From assembly GCF_006345805.1 (NCBI RefSeq), contig NC_042997.1, positions 33,170,001 through 33,234,000 on the forward strand: a stretch of 64,000 bases of DNA, in the 5' to 3' direction. The translations under genes and the position numbers were made by a program. Under the pieces are notes generated by a model. The model saw nothing but the letters and a program-made list of their open reading frames with translations, did no database searches and was not told the origin of the DNA. Each line of letters opens with the position of its first letter. Position 1 is the stretch's first letter. This DNA is from Octopus sinensis. Lineage: Eukaryota. Positions 11,613 through 24,189 of this stretch are shown here, one piece after another.

Positions 11613-11906
11613 TTATCATCATACTTTAAAAGTTGGAATGGTTAACAAGGAAATAAACTGGAGAAGACCTACGCATGTCTGTGTCAAAGATGAAGAATAA
11701 AGGAAACTTATATAAGTAACGGTGGAGTTAAATTTGGATCAGGCATTCAAAATTGATTTATTGCTACGAAAATTATTTTCCCCTTCCAAACGTTTATTTT
11801 TTTTCCTCCCACTAGCAGAATTCTTCCAGATCAATTGGGTTACTTGTAACTGTTTCCAGTTTGTATGAAGATTTATATTTATCTCTGGTCTGTTCTGTTC
11901 TGTGTG

Positions 11907-11953
<47 letters not shown>

Positions 11954-12007
11954 CTTTATATACTTAAAAAGCCTAAGTTCAAAAACTAATTAGATCACTG
12001 TTGAAAT

Positions 12008-12021
12008 ACTACTACTACTAT

Positions 12022-12062
<41 letters not shown>

Positions 12063-12065
12063 TCG

Positions 12066-12128
<63 letters not shown>

Positions 12129-12148
12129 ATGATGATGATGATGATAAT
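12008..12148. repeat. Compound trinucleotide microsatellite (ACT)n-(GCT)n-(GAT)n
   Basis: Read directly from the sequence. Confidence 0.95.
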
Positions 12149-12149
12149 G

Positions 12150-14099
12150 ATACTGGAAACAGAGCTAAATGCGAAAAACAAGATAATTGGTATCAACACT
12201 GTAGCCGTCGCTGTTATAAGTTACAGCTACAGTATTCTTAACTGAACACTAAATGAATTAATCAAAATAGACAGGAAAACAAGAAAAATAATGAGACGAT
12301 TTAGGATGCATCACCCGAAATCTGGCATAGAAAGGTCATATATACAGTATACCAAAGGTGGCAGAGGCCTTATACAGCTAGAAAACTATTATAAAATAAC
12401 CACTGCCAGACTAACGAAATACCTACTTCAGAAGCAAGGAAAACTAATACAGATAGCCACAAAACACGAACAAAGCTATATAGCTATGGTAAGATCTCAC
12501 CTGGAATTTGCATCACCGGTCTGGAACCCCTATCTTGCCCAGGATATCAATCGCCTGGAAGCTGTTCAGCGATGTGCAATCAAAAGAATACCCTCTATCA
12601 GGCATTTGCCATATTCTGAACACCTTACTTCCCTGGGCATGGACAAATTGAAACTCCGACGTCTGGCAGCTGACTTAGCAGACACCCATAAAATTATCAA
12701 CCATCTTACAAACAATAACTCTGAGCACCTTCTCAAACTCCACCCGTCTAACACCCATGGACATATTTACAAAGTCAGAAAACAGCACAGCTCCCATGAC
12801 TTAAGGAAACATTTTTTCACGCTGAGAGTTGCTGAAGCATGGAACAAACTGCCGGCATCAGTTGTTAGTTGTCAGAGCACCGCATCCTTCAAAACTTCCA
12901 TGATTCCTGAGATTCGCCAACACTACACCTGATTTTCTCCCCTCCATACACACGCAAGCATGTATCTGACTCATTCATTGTTCGCTTTCCAGACATCTGT
13001 ACATTACTGCATATACTTTATACGCACTTTCTGACAAGTTGTGGTGCACCTGAGCACTGTATACAATCATTTCATTATCATTATTATTATTAATATTATT
13101 ATTATTATTATAAAACAAAAAATATCTTCAAGTCTTTAAGGAAGCTGACAAATACAAAAAATACGTCATAGTACCTAACAACTATGAAGAGAGAGAAGAA
13201 ACAACAAAAGCTGTAAAAATCCAAACTGAAATCCAAACTAAAACTGGAATAGCAATGGATCATGATAAAACAATGGCAAGAAAAGCCCCTTCATGGCAAG
13301 TACTGGGTTAAACTAAACTGAAAAGAAATAGACAAAGCAAAATCTCAATAATGGCAGAGAAACTCAGGACTCATAGCAGGGACTGAAAGATTTTTAATTT
13401 CAGCACAAGATTAAAGCCTCCCCACCAGAAATTACCAAAAACAAGTGATGAAAAGAAAGGCAACATGTAACTTCAGAATATGTGGGGATGGAGAAGAAAC
13501 AAAAAATCATATTGTCTCTGGCTGCCCAGTCCTGGCTAAGAAGGAATATATTCGCAGACACAACAGAGTTGGGACCTATATACACCGGAAGCTTTGCCAA
13601 CACTATGGAATAACAACAGAAAAAAGATGGTATAGGCACATGCCAAAAAGGCCACAGAAAAGGAGAAAGCATATGCCAGTACATACAGATAGAGAAATTA
13701 AGGCCAATAGGCCAGATATAGTTGTCAGAGATCACCAAGAAAAAATGCTTTCTAATTGATATATCAATACCAACAGATGACAATGTTTCTCTAAAAGAAA
13801 TGGAGAAACTTTCAAAATACTAAGACCTAGAAATAGAGGTAACCAGAATGTAGAGTCTAAAAAGCAGAAACAATTCCTATCATAGCAGGTACCAAGACAA
13901 ACAAAAATACCAGGAATAACAAGTATATATAACATACAGAAAATAGCACTACTAAGCACTACACACATCCCACATAAAACACTTTCTATACAGTAAAAAT
14001 AAGAGCATCACAACAAACTGCAGCACATATCCAAGGCACACAGAACTGTGCTCGGTAGTGCATTGAAAGTATGTGATAAAAACACGACTTCTGAATAAT
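12150..14099 (+). mobile_element. 5'-truncated R4/Dong-like RLE non-LTR retrotransposon, interrupted by CR1
   Basis: NAKNKIIGINT..DRKTRKIM..HHPKS..GGRGLIQLE, then WQEKPLHGKY, CCHC knuckle C..RICGDGEETKNHIVSGC, RHNRV, ANRPDIVVRD and KYKDLEIE-like motifs, stop at 13994-13996. The 3' UTR ends ctgaataat. Contains stops and frameshifts. Confidence 0.9.
12475..13111 (+). mobile_element. 5'-truncated CR1-clade LINE (ORF2 C-terminus, 3' UTR, (ATT)n tail)
   Basis: Uninterrupted YIAMVRSHLEFASPVWNPYL..DINRLEAVQR..LRRLAADL..RKHFFTLRVAEAWNKLP..* (stop at about 12932); the UTR matches 24958-25112. Confidence 0.92.
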
Positions 14100-14375
14100 C
14101 ATCATCATCATTTAGCATCCGCTTTCCATGCTAGCATGGGTTGGACGGTTCAACTGGGGTCTGGGAAGCCAGGAGGGTGCACCAGGCCCAGTCTGATCTG
14201 GCAATGTTTCTACGGCTGGATGCCCTTCCTAACGCCAACCACTCCGTGAGTATAGTGGGTGCTTTTTATGTGCCACCGGCACATGTGCCAGACGGGGCTG
14301 GCAAACGGCCACGGTCGGATGGTGCTTTTTATGTGCCACTGGTACGGGGGCAGGCGAGGCTGGCAACGGCCACGA
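14098..14375 (-). mobile_element. RTE 3'-end copy (family C) with two internal repeat units
   Basis: (ATC)n tail; ggtgctttttatgtgccac occurs twice. Confidence 0.88.
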
Positions 14376-14390
14376 ATAATAATAATAATG

Positions 14391-14468
<78 letters not shown>

Positions 14469-14520
14469 TAATGATAAGAAGAAGAAGAAGAAGAAGAAGA
14501 AAAAGAAGAAGAACAAGAAC

Positions 14521-14552
<32 letters not shown>

Positions 14553-14560
14553 CAACAACA
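14374..14560. repeat. (AAT)n-(AAG)n compound microsatellite
   Basis: Read directly from the sequence. Confidence 0.95.
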
Positions 14561-14571
14561 AAACAACATAT

Positions 14572-14760
14572 TTCTTCTATAGGTATAAGGCTGGAAATTT
14601 CGGATGAGAGGGCTAAGTCAATCACATTGACTCCAGTGCTTAACTGGTACTTAATTTATTGATCCTGAAAGGATGAAAATCAAAATGAACTTTGGTGGGA
14701 TTTCAACTCAGAACATTAAACCAGAAGAAATGTTGTGAAACATTTTCCCCTGTATGCTAA
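14572..14760 (-). mobile_element. SINE B (B2 tail), degenerate
   Basis: ataaggctggaaatt..actggtacttaatttattgatcctgaaaggatgaaa..aactcagaac. Confidence 0.7.
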
Positions 14761-15164
14761 TAATATATAGCATTGTAAAATGTAAATGTGTTCTAGTTTT
14801 ATTTTTTATTATCAACATTTTGTTATAGTTTTGTATGAGTTCCTTATAGTTTGTTTGGAACATTAAATTCTCTAAATATACTCAATACTTCTAGAACACC
14901 AGTGTCACATTCAGGATAAGTCAAGTTAGTATGTATTGTTGCTTCTTTATCATAAGTTAGTGTTGACAACCATTAAAATTATATATCATCAATCAGGTAG
15001 ATTTAAAAAAAAAATTTCGATTAGAGAATGTTGTTTGTATGTTTATTCTAGCATATTTTAGTTGTTATTAATGTTCATCCCATTATTAATCATCAGTTTT
15101 TTGTGAGCAATACTCTATAGCATTGATGTATTGTTCATTGTTATTTTGCTAATTTTATTTTGTG

Positions 15165-15480
15165 TTGTATAAAAGGACCCCTTTCGGTCATTGCACTGAG
15201 AAAGTTCCCCTCCAAGGCACAAGTCCGGGCAAGGTTGTTTATAGAAGACCAGCAGTCGCCCATGCATACAGGCCTCTCCTCTCCATGCCATGATGTTATC
15301 CAAAGGAAAGGCAAACACTAATACAGCTTGGCACCAATGACGTCACAACTCACTTCTACAGATGAGTGAACTGGAGCAATGTGAAATAAAGTGTCTTGTT
15401 CAAGAACACAGCACACAGCCTGGTCTTGGATTCAAACTCTCTACTTCATGAGCCCAACACTTTAACACTGAGCCATGCAC
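15165..15480 (-). mobile_element. SINE family F (tRNA head plus V-like domain), tail type 1
   Basis: Minus strand gcatggctcagtg..gtttgaatcc..gtgttcttgaacaagacactttatttcacattgctccag; tail ..ggggtcctttt. Confidence 0.75.
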
Positions 15481-16846
15481 AGTGTAATGCATTGTTAATT
15501 GTTATTGTTCTTTGCTGCAGATGCATAGTCAATCAGTAGGAAAATACTGTACTTGAATGGCCATGAAACTGTTAGAGTTGTGAAGTTTATAGCTTTCACA
15601 TTTGAAATCAAATTTATAAATCACATTGGCCATCAGTAATTTGTTCACGAGTTTACATGCTTATGGCTTTTAATTTTAATTTTAGTGTTTTTGTAGTATA
15701 TTATTAATGTTAATTTGCATTTAAAGTAATGCATTTTGTGTTTATTTTGAAAGGTTTTGGTTGAATGTGATCATTTTTTTCTATGGTTTGTATTTGATGC
15801 ATTTTGTACACTTTCTATGTGAATTGTGTATTTTTAATAGGCATGGAATGTCAGAAGCGCTGCATGCATTGTGTTTCTCATTGTATTGTTCTAAGGCTTT
15901 ATCCATTAGCTTGTCAAGAACCTCATTGTCGATTAGTGTTTGTTATATTTGATGAATTTCTTTATCTAGTGTTTTATCTGCAAAGGTTTTTATTCATTCC
16001 ATTCATGTAAATGCTTTTCTAAGTAGACATTTTACCAATGACATTTGGTATCAGTGTAGCCATTTACTGTTGCCATGTAAGTATATGAAAATCTTTATTT
16101 GTTACTGTTGTGGAAATGGAAACAATACACATGGGTTTTTTTTCTGTCTGAAAGCTTATATCTGATTAAGACTTTTTCTTCCTATGTGTCTATTATAACT
16201 AATATGTCATCCACATACCAAGTGGATATTGTATATTAAGGTCTTGGTATCACTTCTTTTCTTAGAACATTCTGATTGTGAGCCCTAAGGAAGAACCCAT
16301 TATCACTCTATCTTTCTGCTTTAATGATTTGCTTTGTGGACAGTGACAGAGTACTTCTGAGAATGGAGGACAAAAATAATTTCTTCAGTACATCAGTGGT
16401 TTTATTTTTGGGTGTAATTAGTGATATATTCCAACTACATCACTACGTCTTGAAGATGAAACTTTGAAAATCTTAAAATGTTGATGATAGATTTTAAGGA
16501 ACCTTACTGTTCCAAAGAAACTGCAAATAATTCATAAGAAAATATGAAAAGAACTTTGATAATAAAACAGTTTGTGTTTTCAGTACCACTTGTGTAAAAA
16601 GAACAGTTCCTTTATATATACATACATATATATATATATGTGTTCTCTAGAGAACATTCTTTTCTTTGTTGTATGATCGCAGGTGATCTACTTCTAGCAT
16701 ATGGCTAACCACATAGTGGTCTTTTAGCCCTTTAATTATACACAGGTATTAGAATTTTTTCTGATTCTTCAGACTTTTGTATGCTAGGCTACTGGTTTTA
16801 TATTGATATTAATTAAATTAATATTCAATTTATCTCCCTCATTATT

Positions 16847-16895
<49 letters not shown>

Positions 16896-16902
16896 TAGTG
16901 TG

Positions 16903-17195
16903 AAGGTGTGTGGTTTAGTGGTTAGGGTATTCGGCTTACGATCATAATGTTGTGAGTTCAATTCCTGGCAACATGTGTCCTTGAGCAAGAGATTTTCTTT
17001 CACGTCGCTCCAGTCCACTCAGCTGGCAAAAATTAGCAGTGCCTGTCACACTCTGTGTCACACTGAGGCTCCCTGATGTTAAGGGTACACATGTCTGTGG
17101 TGTGCTCAGCCACTTGTATGTTAATTTCATGAGCAATCCGTTCCGTTGATCAGATCAACTGGAACCCTTGTTGTTCTAACCAATGTAGTGCCAGT
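16903..17195 (+). mobile_element. SINE family F, tail type 2
   Basis: gtgtggtttagtggttagggtattcggc..gagttcaattcc..gtccttgagcaag..gctccagtccactcagctggcaaaa, then a distinct 3' part. Confidence 0.8.
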
Positions 17196-17301
17196 ATTGA
17201 CACAAGTGTGTGTGGTCAAATGACAGAAAAAGGAACTCAACACATTTAGTTGGAGTTACATGTATTATTTAAAACATTTTGATTCAGTTCCATGCTACTT
17301 C

Positions 17302-17383
17302 AAGTTTTGCAGGCCCCTAATGGGAGTCTGACTCCTTCAGAAGCCTGAAGGAATTGAGCTCCTGTTAGGGACCTGTGAAACTT
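17302..17383. other. 82-nt near-perfect hairpin (39-bp arms, 4-nt loop)
   Basis: aagttttgcaggcccctaatgggagtctgactccttcag-aagc-ctgaaggaattgagctcctgttagggacctgtgaaactt; 36 of 39 positions pair counting G.U, with no gaps. Confidence 0.85.
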
Positions 17384-17652
17384 AAAGTAGCACAGAAGCA
17401 AATTAAACTGTTTTAAATAATGTGTGTGTGTGTGTGTGTGTGAGAGAGATCATCATCATTAGCCAATTTCCATAGTTATGCTGGCATTGGTTGGACAGCT
17501 TGGCAGGATCCACTGGGTCTAAGGACTGCATCATGCTCCAATGTCTGCCTTTGCATGGCTAACATTGGAAGATAACACAGATTGAATGAAAATGTCTATC
17601 TCACACCAGCACAGAATATGGATGTTAAATGATAATGATCATGATTATTATA

Positions 17653-17684
<32 letters not shown>

Positions 17685-17794
17685 AGTGCATGTGTACATG
17701 TAAGTATGTGTGTATATAATGTTTGTGTGTGTGTGTGCATATAATGTATGTGTGTTTGTATATATAACATGTGTGTATATATATATATATATAA

Positions 17795-17826
<32 letters not shown>

Positions 17827-18959
17827 ACGTGTGTGTGTGTGTATATATATATAACGTGTGTGTGTGTGTGTAGAAATTAAAGCCATACAAAATTGTTTGA
17901 CAACATTTTTGTCAGAATTGGCTGACTTGTACACCTGATCACTCAGTTCATGAACTGCTACACACACACCCACACACACACGCACACATACACACACATA
18001 CACACACACACACACATATTTATATGTATAAATGCATTTGGTTATACAAACAGAAGAGAAAGTGCTCAATACAAATATTAATGGATAGCTATTCATTCAG
18101 AGTTGATGTTGATGAATGATAGACCTCATTGCAACTTACCAAATTTTTTTTTCTAGGCTTATTCAGCGACAGATACATTATTCAACAACAGGTACACAAT
18201 TTTGCCAAGCACTTTTTTCTCTTTGTATGACATGTTTATGCTTTCACACTTCCACAGAGTTGTTTCTTTCACATTCGTAGGCCGATGTCTTTATTATTCA
18301 ACCATTCTCCCAGCTCAACTTTGCTTCACCTTTCATGCAACTTATTATTAGAGAATAATACTTCACATTTTCCTATTGAGAGTTTTCAGATCTTCTGCAT
18401 TCAATACCAATATCTCATTGTAACACACTTTCCATATAATATATTTTTCCCATGGAAAGAGAAACAGTTGTTGCTAAGGAAAGTAAACATCCCTTGGAAA
18501 TACCTCTGATCGGTTTTTTTTTATTATCATTAGTATACTATTGTTACAAGCATCTATAGCACTGATTAAATCACTTGGAAAGTAGAAATGATATCTAATG
18601 AGTTGTCTGAGAAGTTCATGAATTCCTTTCATGGACACTTAATTCTAACTACTTTTGGTTCACTGTTAGTTTACCAGACATTCCATGTCTTATGTATCCA
18701 TATATTGCATTTAGTATATATATCATTGAGCTTTTTCCTGTTTGGCATTGGAACTGTGCTCTTTGTATTAAATGGTTGTGTAGCTAACAAGTTTGTTTAC
18801 CAACCATGTGCTTTTGAGTTCACTTCATCTACACAGTACTATGGTCAAGTGACTTTTACTATAGCCCCAGGCTAACTAAAGCCTCATCAGCGAATATGGT
18901 AAATGGAGACTGAAAGAGGTCCACCGTGTATATGTGTATGCATATATATATGTGTGTAT

Positions 18960-19273
18960 ATTCTTTTATTCTTCTATTTGTTTCAGTAATTTGACTGCGG
19001 CCATATTTGTTTTCATTTGATTTACCTTGCCTTTACTTTGCATTTGTTTTGCCTTACCCACGATCTTTTATACAATATATATATATATATATGTATGTAT
19101 ATTTATACATATATATATATATACGGTGGGCTTCTTTTAGTTTCTGTTGACCAAATTCTCTCACAAGACTAAGGTTGGCCTGAGGCTATAGTAGTAGATA
19201 CTTGCCCAAGGTGCCACACAATGGGAATGAACTCAGAACCATGTGGTTGGGAAGCAAGCTTCTAACCACACAG

Positions 19274-19275
<2 letters not shown>
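18960..19275 (-). mobile_element. SINE A pieces
   Basis: Tail tttcagtaatttgactgcggccat and 5' half gggcttcttttagtt..cacttgcccaaggtgcc..aaccacacagccac. Confidence 0.7.
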
Positions 19276-19310
<35 letters not shown>

Positions 19311-19602
19311 CATGTACACATGCACACACATGCGCGTGAACACACACACATACATACATACACACATACATCCAGTCCACACTGTAAAAATTATGACAAA
19401 GCTAACCTCTCCTGTGCTAGTGCCACATAAAAAGTATTGAGTTCACTCTGTGAAGTGGTTGGTGTTAGGAAGGGCACCCCAGCCATAAAACCTTTGCCAA
19501 AACAGATACAGTAGACTGGGACAGTTTTCTATCTGGCTGACTCCTGTCAACTGTCCTACCCATGTATGCATGAAAAACAGATGATAAATGATGATGGTGA
19601 TG

Positions 19603-19649
<47 letters not shown>

Positions 19650-19838
19650 TGTATGGAAACAGGAGATAGGAAAAAATTTTTGGGTATTATTTATTCAACA
19701 TTACATGTGTTTTATTGGCTGATAAGAGTTACAAAATGTAACATATTGTAGAGACATTTAAAATATCTCCTATTGGAAATTTTTCAGACAGAGAATCAAA
19801 TAAAAATCATATATATACACACACGCGCGCACACACAT

Positions 19839-19873
<35 letters not shown>

Positions 19874-19876
19874 TAT

Positions 19877-19927
<51 letters not shown>

Positions 19928-19944
19928 ATATACATATGAAAATA

Positions 19945-20832
19945 TTTGAGAGCTGTAGAAAAGGTGTATGTAGAAACTCCATAAGATGTACCCAGTGTAA
20001 GCCAAGGACACATAAGAGGTGCAGCAACATCAAAGGAAGATTAACCAGGAAGATAGCTTTTGTGTTCAGCAGATGCACAGGAGCAATAAACACCACAGAT
20101 ACTCAGAAAACATACTCCATCACATGCCAGGGCAAGAAACTAGAAGTAGCTGATAGCTTCCACTACCTAGGTGACCAAATTTGTAGTGGGGGTGGATGCT
20201 CAGAGAGTGTAAGCACCCTGAAAGAAGTGTAAGCACCCTGAGAGAAATGTTGAACATAAAAAGCATTGGAAGTGGCATGCAAGAGAGACGTTTGTGTTGG
20301 TATGGTCATGTACTATGGATGGAAGAGGAGAGCTGTGTGAAGAAGTGGAAGGAATCCGGAATAGAGGGAGACCCAGGAAGACATGGGACGAGGTGGTGAA
20401 GCATGACCTTCGAATGTTGGGCCTCACAGAGGCAATGACAAAAGACCGGGACTTCTGTGACTGAGAAGACCTGGCAAATAAAGTGAGTGCCATGCTTGAG
20501 GAGACCTATTGAGTCAAGTACATCAACATCAGCAATATCAAAATCAAATTAAATGGAAATTGTAGTTGTGAGCCCCGTGCCGGTAGCATGTAAAAAGCAC
20601 CATCCGATCATGGTCGATGCCAGCTCCTCTGGTCCCTGTGCCGGTGGCACATAAAAAGCATCCTCTACACTCACGGAGTGGTTGGCATTAGGAAGAGCAT
20701 CCAGCTGTAGAAACACTGCCAGATCAGATTGGGGCCTAGTGCAGTCTTCTGGCTTCCCAGACCCCAGTCAATCCATCTAACCCATGCCAGCATGGAAAAC
20801 AGACGTTAAACGATAATGATGATGATAATGAT
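19945..20832 (+). mobile_element. RTE-type LINE 3' part with internal deletion, contiguous with the family C 3' UTR and (GAT)n tail
   Basis: CRKGVCRNSIRCTQCKPRTHKRCSNIKGRL..KKLEVADSFHYLGDQ, a jump, then ERRLCWYGHV; UTR ..aggaagagcatccagctgtagaaacactgccagatcag..cagacgttaaacgataatgatgat. Confidence 0.9.
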
Positions 20833-21486
20833 GATTTGAGAGCTTAGTTATTAACTAGAAACCACTTTCAAATAAATGACTTATTTTGATTATATTCAAT
20901 GCTATGAATAAACATTTATTTATTTATGAAATGATTTGTACCTATTTGCCAGTTGTTTTGCTTATGACAGTTTCATGAATGCATATTATTAACTGTTTGT
21001 AGAATATTTATTGAATTTATAAGAATAAGCTAAATGGAATAAGCATGACTGCTTTTAGGCTATGGTTAAAAAATAAGGATTTATAATATAAAAGGAATAA
21101 TTTAAATATAGAAGAAATATTAAAAATCAGTGCAAAGAAAATAAGGAAATAGAGAAAGTGAAAAGATATAGGTTTAGGGGAGGTTACCTCTTTACCCTTT
21201 TCTACTGTATATGCATGAATGATGTGGTATGCGTGTAAAGGTGGTGTATATATATTATTGTGTAGATGTAGATATAGGTGTGCAGTTACAGTTGCTTTAC
21301 AGTCATGTGGTTTCAGGCTTGATCCAGTTGTATGGCACCTTGGGAACTTATCCAGGGCATCATGCAGTGAAATGGTCTGTCTGAGAATATCATCTTCTAC
21401 TATATCCTCAAGGTGACAAATGCCGAGCAAGGGAAATTTTAGAGAGGAAAACAAAAAGAAAGCCCATCACACACACACACACACAC

Positions 21487-21523
<37 letters not shown>

Positions 21524-21900
21524 TCACACACACACACACATATGCATGTATGTATTATATATATATTATAATATATAACTATGTGTGTGAGTATGTGTGC
21601 GTATGTGTGTGTGTGCATGTGTACATGAAAATATATATATAGGAAGAAGGCATAGTATTTTAAATCCGACAGCTGTTTCTCGGGGTTCAGAATTACATAA
21701 TAGTTGTAATGTTCATAATAGACAAATGAAGTGTGCAAAAAGTCAAAGATATGCAACAAGTAGAGGATGCATATAAACATTACTATAATTTTTGAAAGGA
21801 TGAAAGGCAAAGTTACCCTCGGTGGAATTTGAACTCAGAATGGAGTAACAGGTGAAATACCACTAAGCATTTCATCCAGTGTGCTAATGATTCTGCCAGC

Positions 21901-21985
<85 letters not shown>

Positions 21986-22008
21986 CAGCAGCAGCAGTAG
22001 TAGTAGTA

Positions 22009-22054
<46 letters not shown>

Positions 22055-22080
22055 GAAGAAGAAGAAGAAGAAGAAGAAGA
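21901..22080. repeat. Compound microsatellite ATT-AGT-AGC-AGT-AAT-AAG
   Basis: Read directly from the sequence. Confidence 0.95.
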
Positions 22081-22230
22081 TGTTACATTTTGTTCAAATG
22101 ATAATGAAAATATTGAAAATAACATTAGTTTCTTAATTGCTTTCTTTACTTGAAATCACTTCAAGCCAAAGGCACAGACTACTTCTAAAACAAAAGGTTT
22201 AGGGAGAGAGAAGAGGTGCATTAATGCCTC

Positions 22231-22316
<86 letters not shown>

Positions 22317-22875
22317 TATACACATACACATATATATTTTAAGATAGCTAATAAAAGGCAGCTGTGAAGTAATTGGTAAAATATTTAAGTATAATTGAAT
22401 GATATAGCAGCAAAAGAACTGATAAGAGAACGGATGGAAATAAATTGTGGTGAATGAGATGACATTAAAAGTGCTTTTAGTTTGAAATAAAACTTAAATG
22501 GTAATAAATGAAATGATAAAAATATTATAATGAATGAATCTGCTGTCACTATGCAAGGTACTTGTTAATCCGGAGTTTATAATTACTGAGGTTATATTAT
22601 GCAGTAAAAGAAGAGAGAGAGAGGAGAGAGAGAGAAGTGAGAGAGAAAAGAGAGAGAGAGTATATTTCATAATTCAGTTGTAGAGAAAAGCTTTGTGCTT
22701 GGAATTTGTAGTACATCCATGAGATATTCAGGAAAATTAGTTGTTATTATCATCATCATCGTCGTTGGTTTGACGTCTGCTTCTTGATTTCATGGGTTTA
22801 GTTATGTGCATTATTTACTACAGAAGGAAAGGATTTAAACATAAGACATAGTGATTTGGGTTCAAGCTGACAAAC

Positions 22876-23108
22876 CTATTTCTTTACTACCCACAAGGGG
22901 CTAAATACAGAGAGGACATAGAAGGACAGACAAACGGATTAAGTCGATTACATCAACCCTAGTGCGTAACTGGTACTTAATTTATCGACCCCGAAAGGAT
23001 GGAAGGCAAAGTCGACCTCGGCAAAATTTGAACTCAGAATGCAGCGGCGGACAAAATACTACAAAGCATTTCGTCCGGCATGCTAATGATTCTGCCAGCT
23101 CACAGCCT
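22876..23108 (-). mobile_element. Full-length SINE B1 with 15-bp TSD
   Basis: ttcaagctgacaaac at 22861-22875 and 23109-23123. Confidence 0.9.
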
Positions 23109-24189
23109 TTCAAGCTGACAAACATGCAATCCAATATTCCTGATCTTCTCTGTATCCACCAAACCCATCCTTTCCATTAAAAAAAATTCAAGCATTCAAG
23201 GTGTGTTGCTTTTGTGGCTTACTGGGTTTTTTTTTTCATGTAAACTGTATTAAACACTGTTGAATTAGTTATGCTTTATAATAAAGTATTTCATTAATTT
23301 ATTTGGGGTGAATTGAACTTAATTTTTTTTACCAAGAATGAATCAAATTGGGAAGCCCTGTTCTATGGAATCACAGCACATAATCTATGCAACTAACATC
23401 CAACAAAGAAACAACAATCCACATCCCAACATTATCAATACTCAACACTCACATAACTTACATTCTATCAACCACTCACATTCTATGTAAGGGGGACACC
23501 TATTGATGTAACACAACCCATACAACATCACCCAACACAAAAACACGTAACATCAATCACATAGCATATACAAAAGACAAACACCACCCAACTAAAATAA
23601 CATCTCATATTGCACTTACTCTACAAAATGTGTAAAACACTAAAATAACACCAGAACACCAGAAATAACAAATGAAATGCCATATCAATGCTAAATTGAT
23701 GCTGCACACACTTCAGGTACATGGAGGGGCATCTGATGGTGCAGTATTATCGTATATAAAACTGTTGAAAATATGATTAATAATAATAATAATGACAATG
23801 GCTTCTTATTTAAATACAAGCAAAACGCCCCCCATCCAATGGACGGTACTGAGTTGTCAAACATTTAAGCCAAATTTTCTCAAAGCAACTTGTCCGACAG
23901 TTCCATAGGCCTCCCCTTTGAGAAACACTGATTTAACCTAAATTTGAGACACCAGCAAAAGAAGAAATAAAGATATACTTATTTTCTATTCCAAAGAAAA
24001 ACGATTTTATTCACAGAAATATGCAACTGAAGATACCAGTAATGATAAGGCTGTTGACTGGGAGAACACAAACATGGTTTAAACAGTAAGCTTGGCATGG
24101 AAAAAAAAACGTGCCTTTAAGCAGTACAAAAACAACAAAAATTGGAAGGTGCAGTTATGTACAGGTTGACGGAAGAAAAGCAGGACAAA

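Noticed and set aside
10830-11700. His/Thr-rich ORFs of 180-210 aa
   Set aside because: Translation of the CA-based minisatellite.
12291-12932. 213-aa ORF as a host gene
   Set aside because: Chimera of R4-like and CR1 retrotransposon sequences.
15521-15556. Short terminal exon MHSQSVGKYCT* followed by a UTR-like U-rich region
   Set aside because: The acceptor is plausible but the peptide is unrecognisable and there is no supporting upstream exon.
23860-23935. hAT-like terminus (tttgagaaacactg)
   Set aside because: No matching opposite TIR or 8-bp TSD found.
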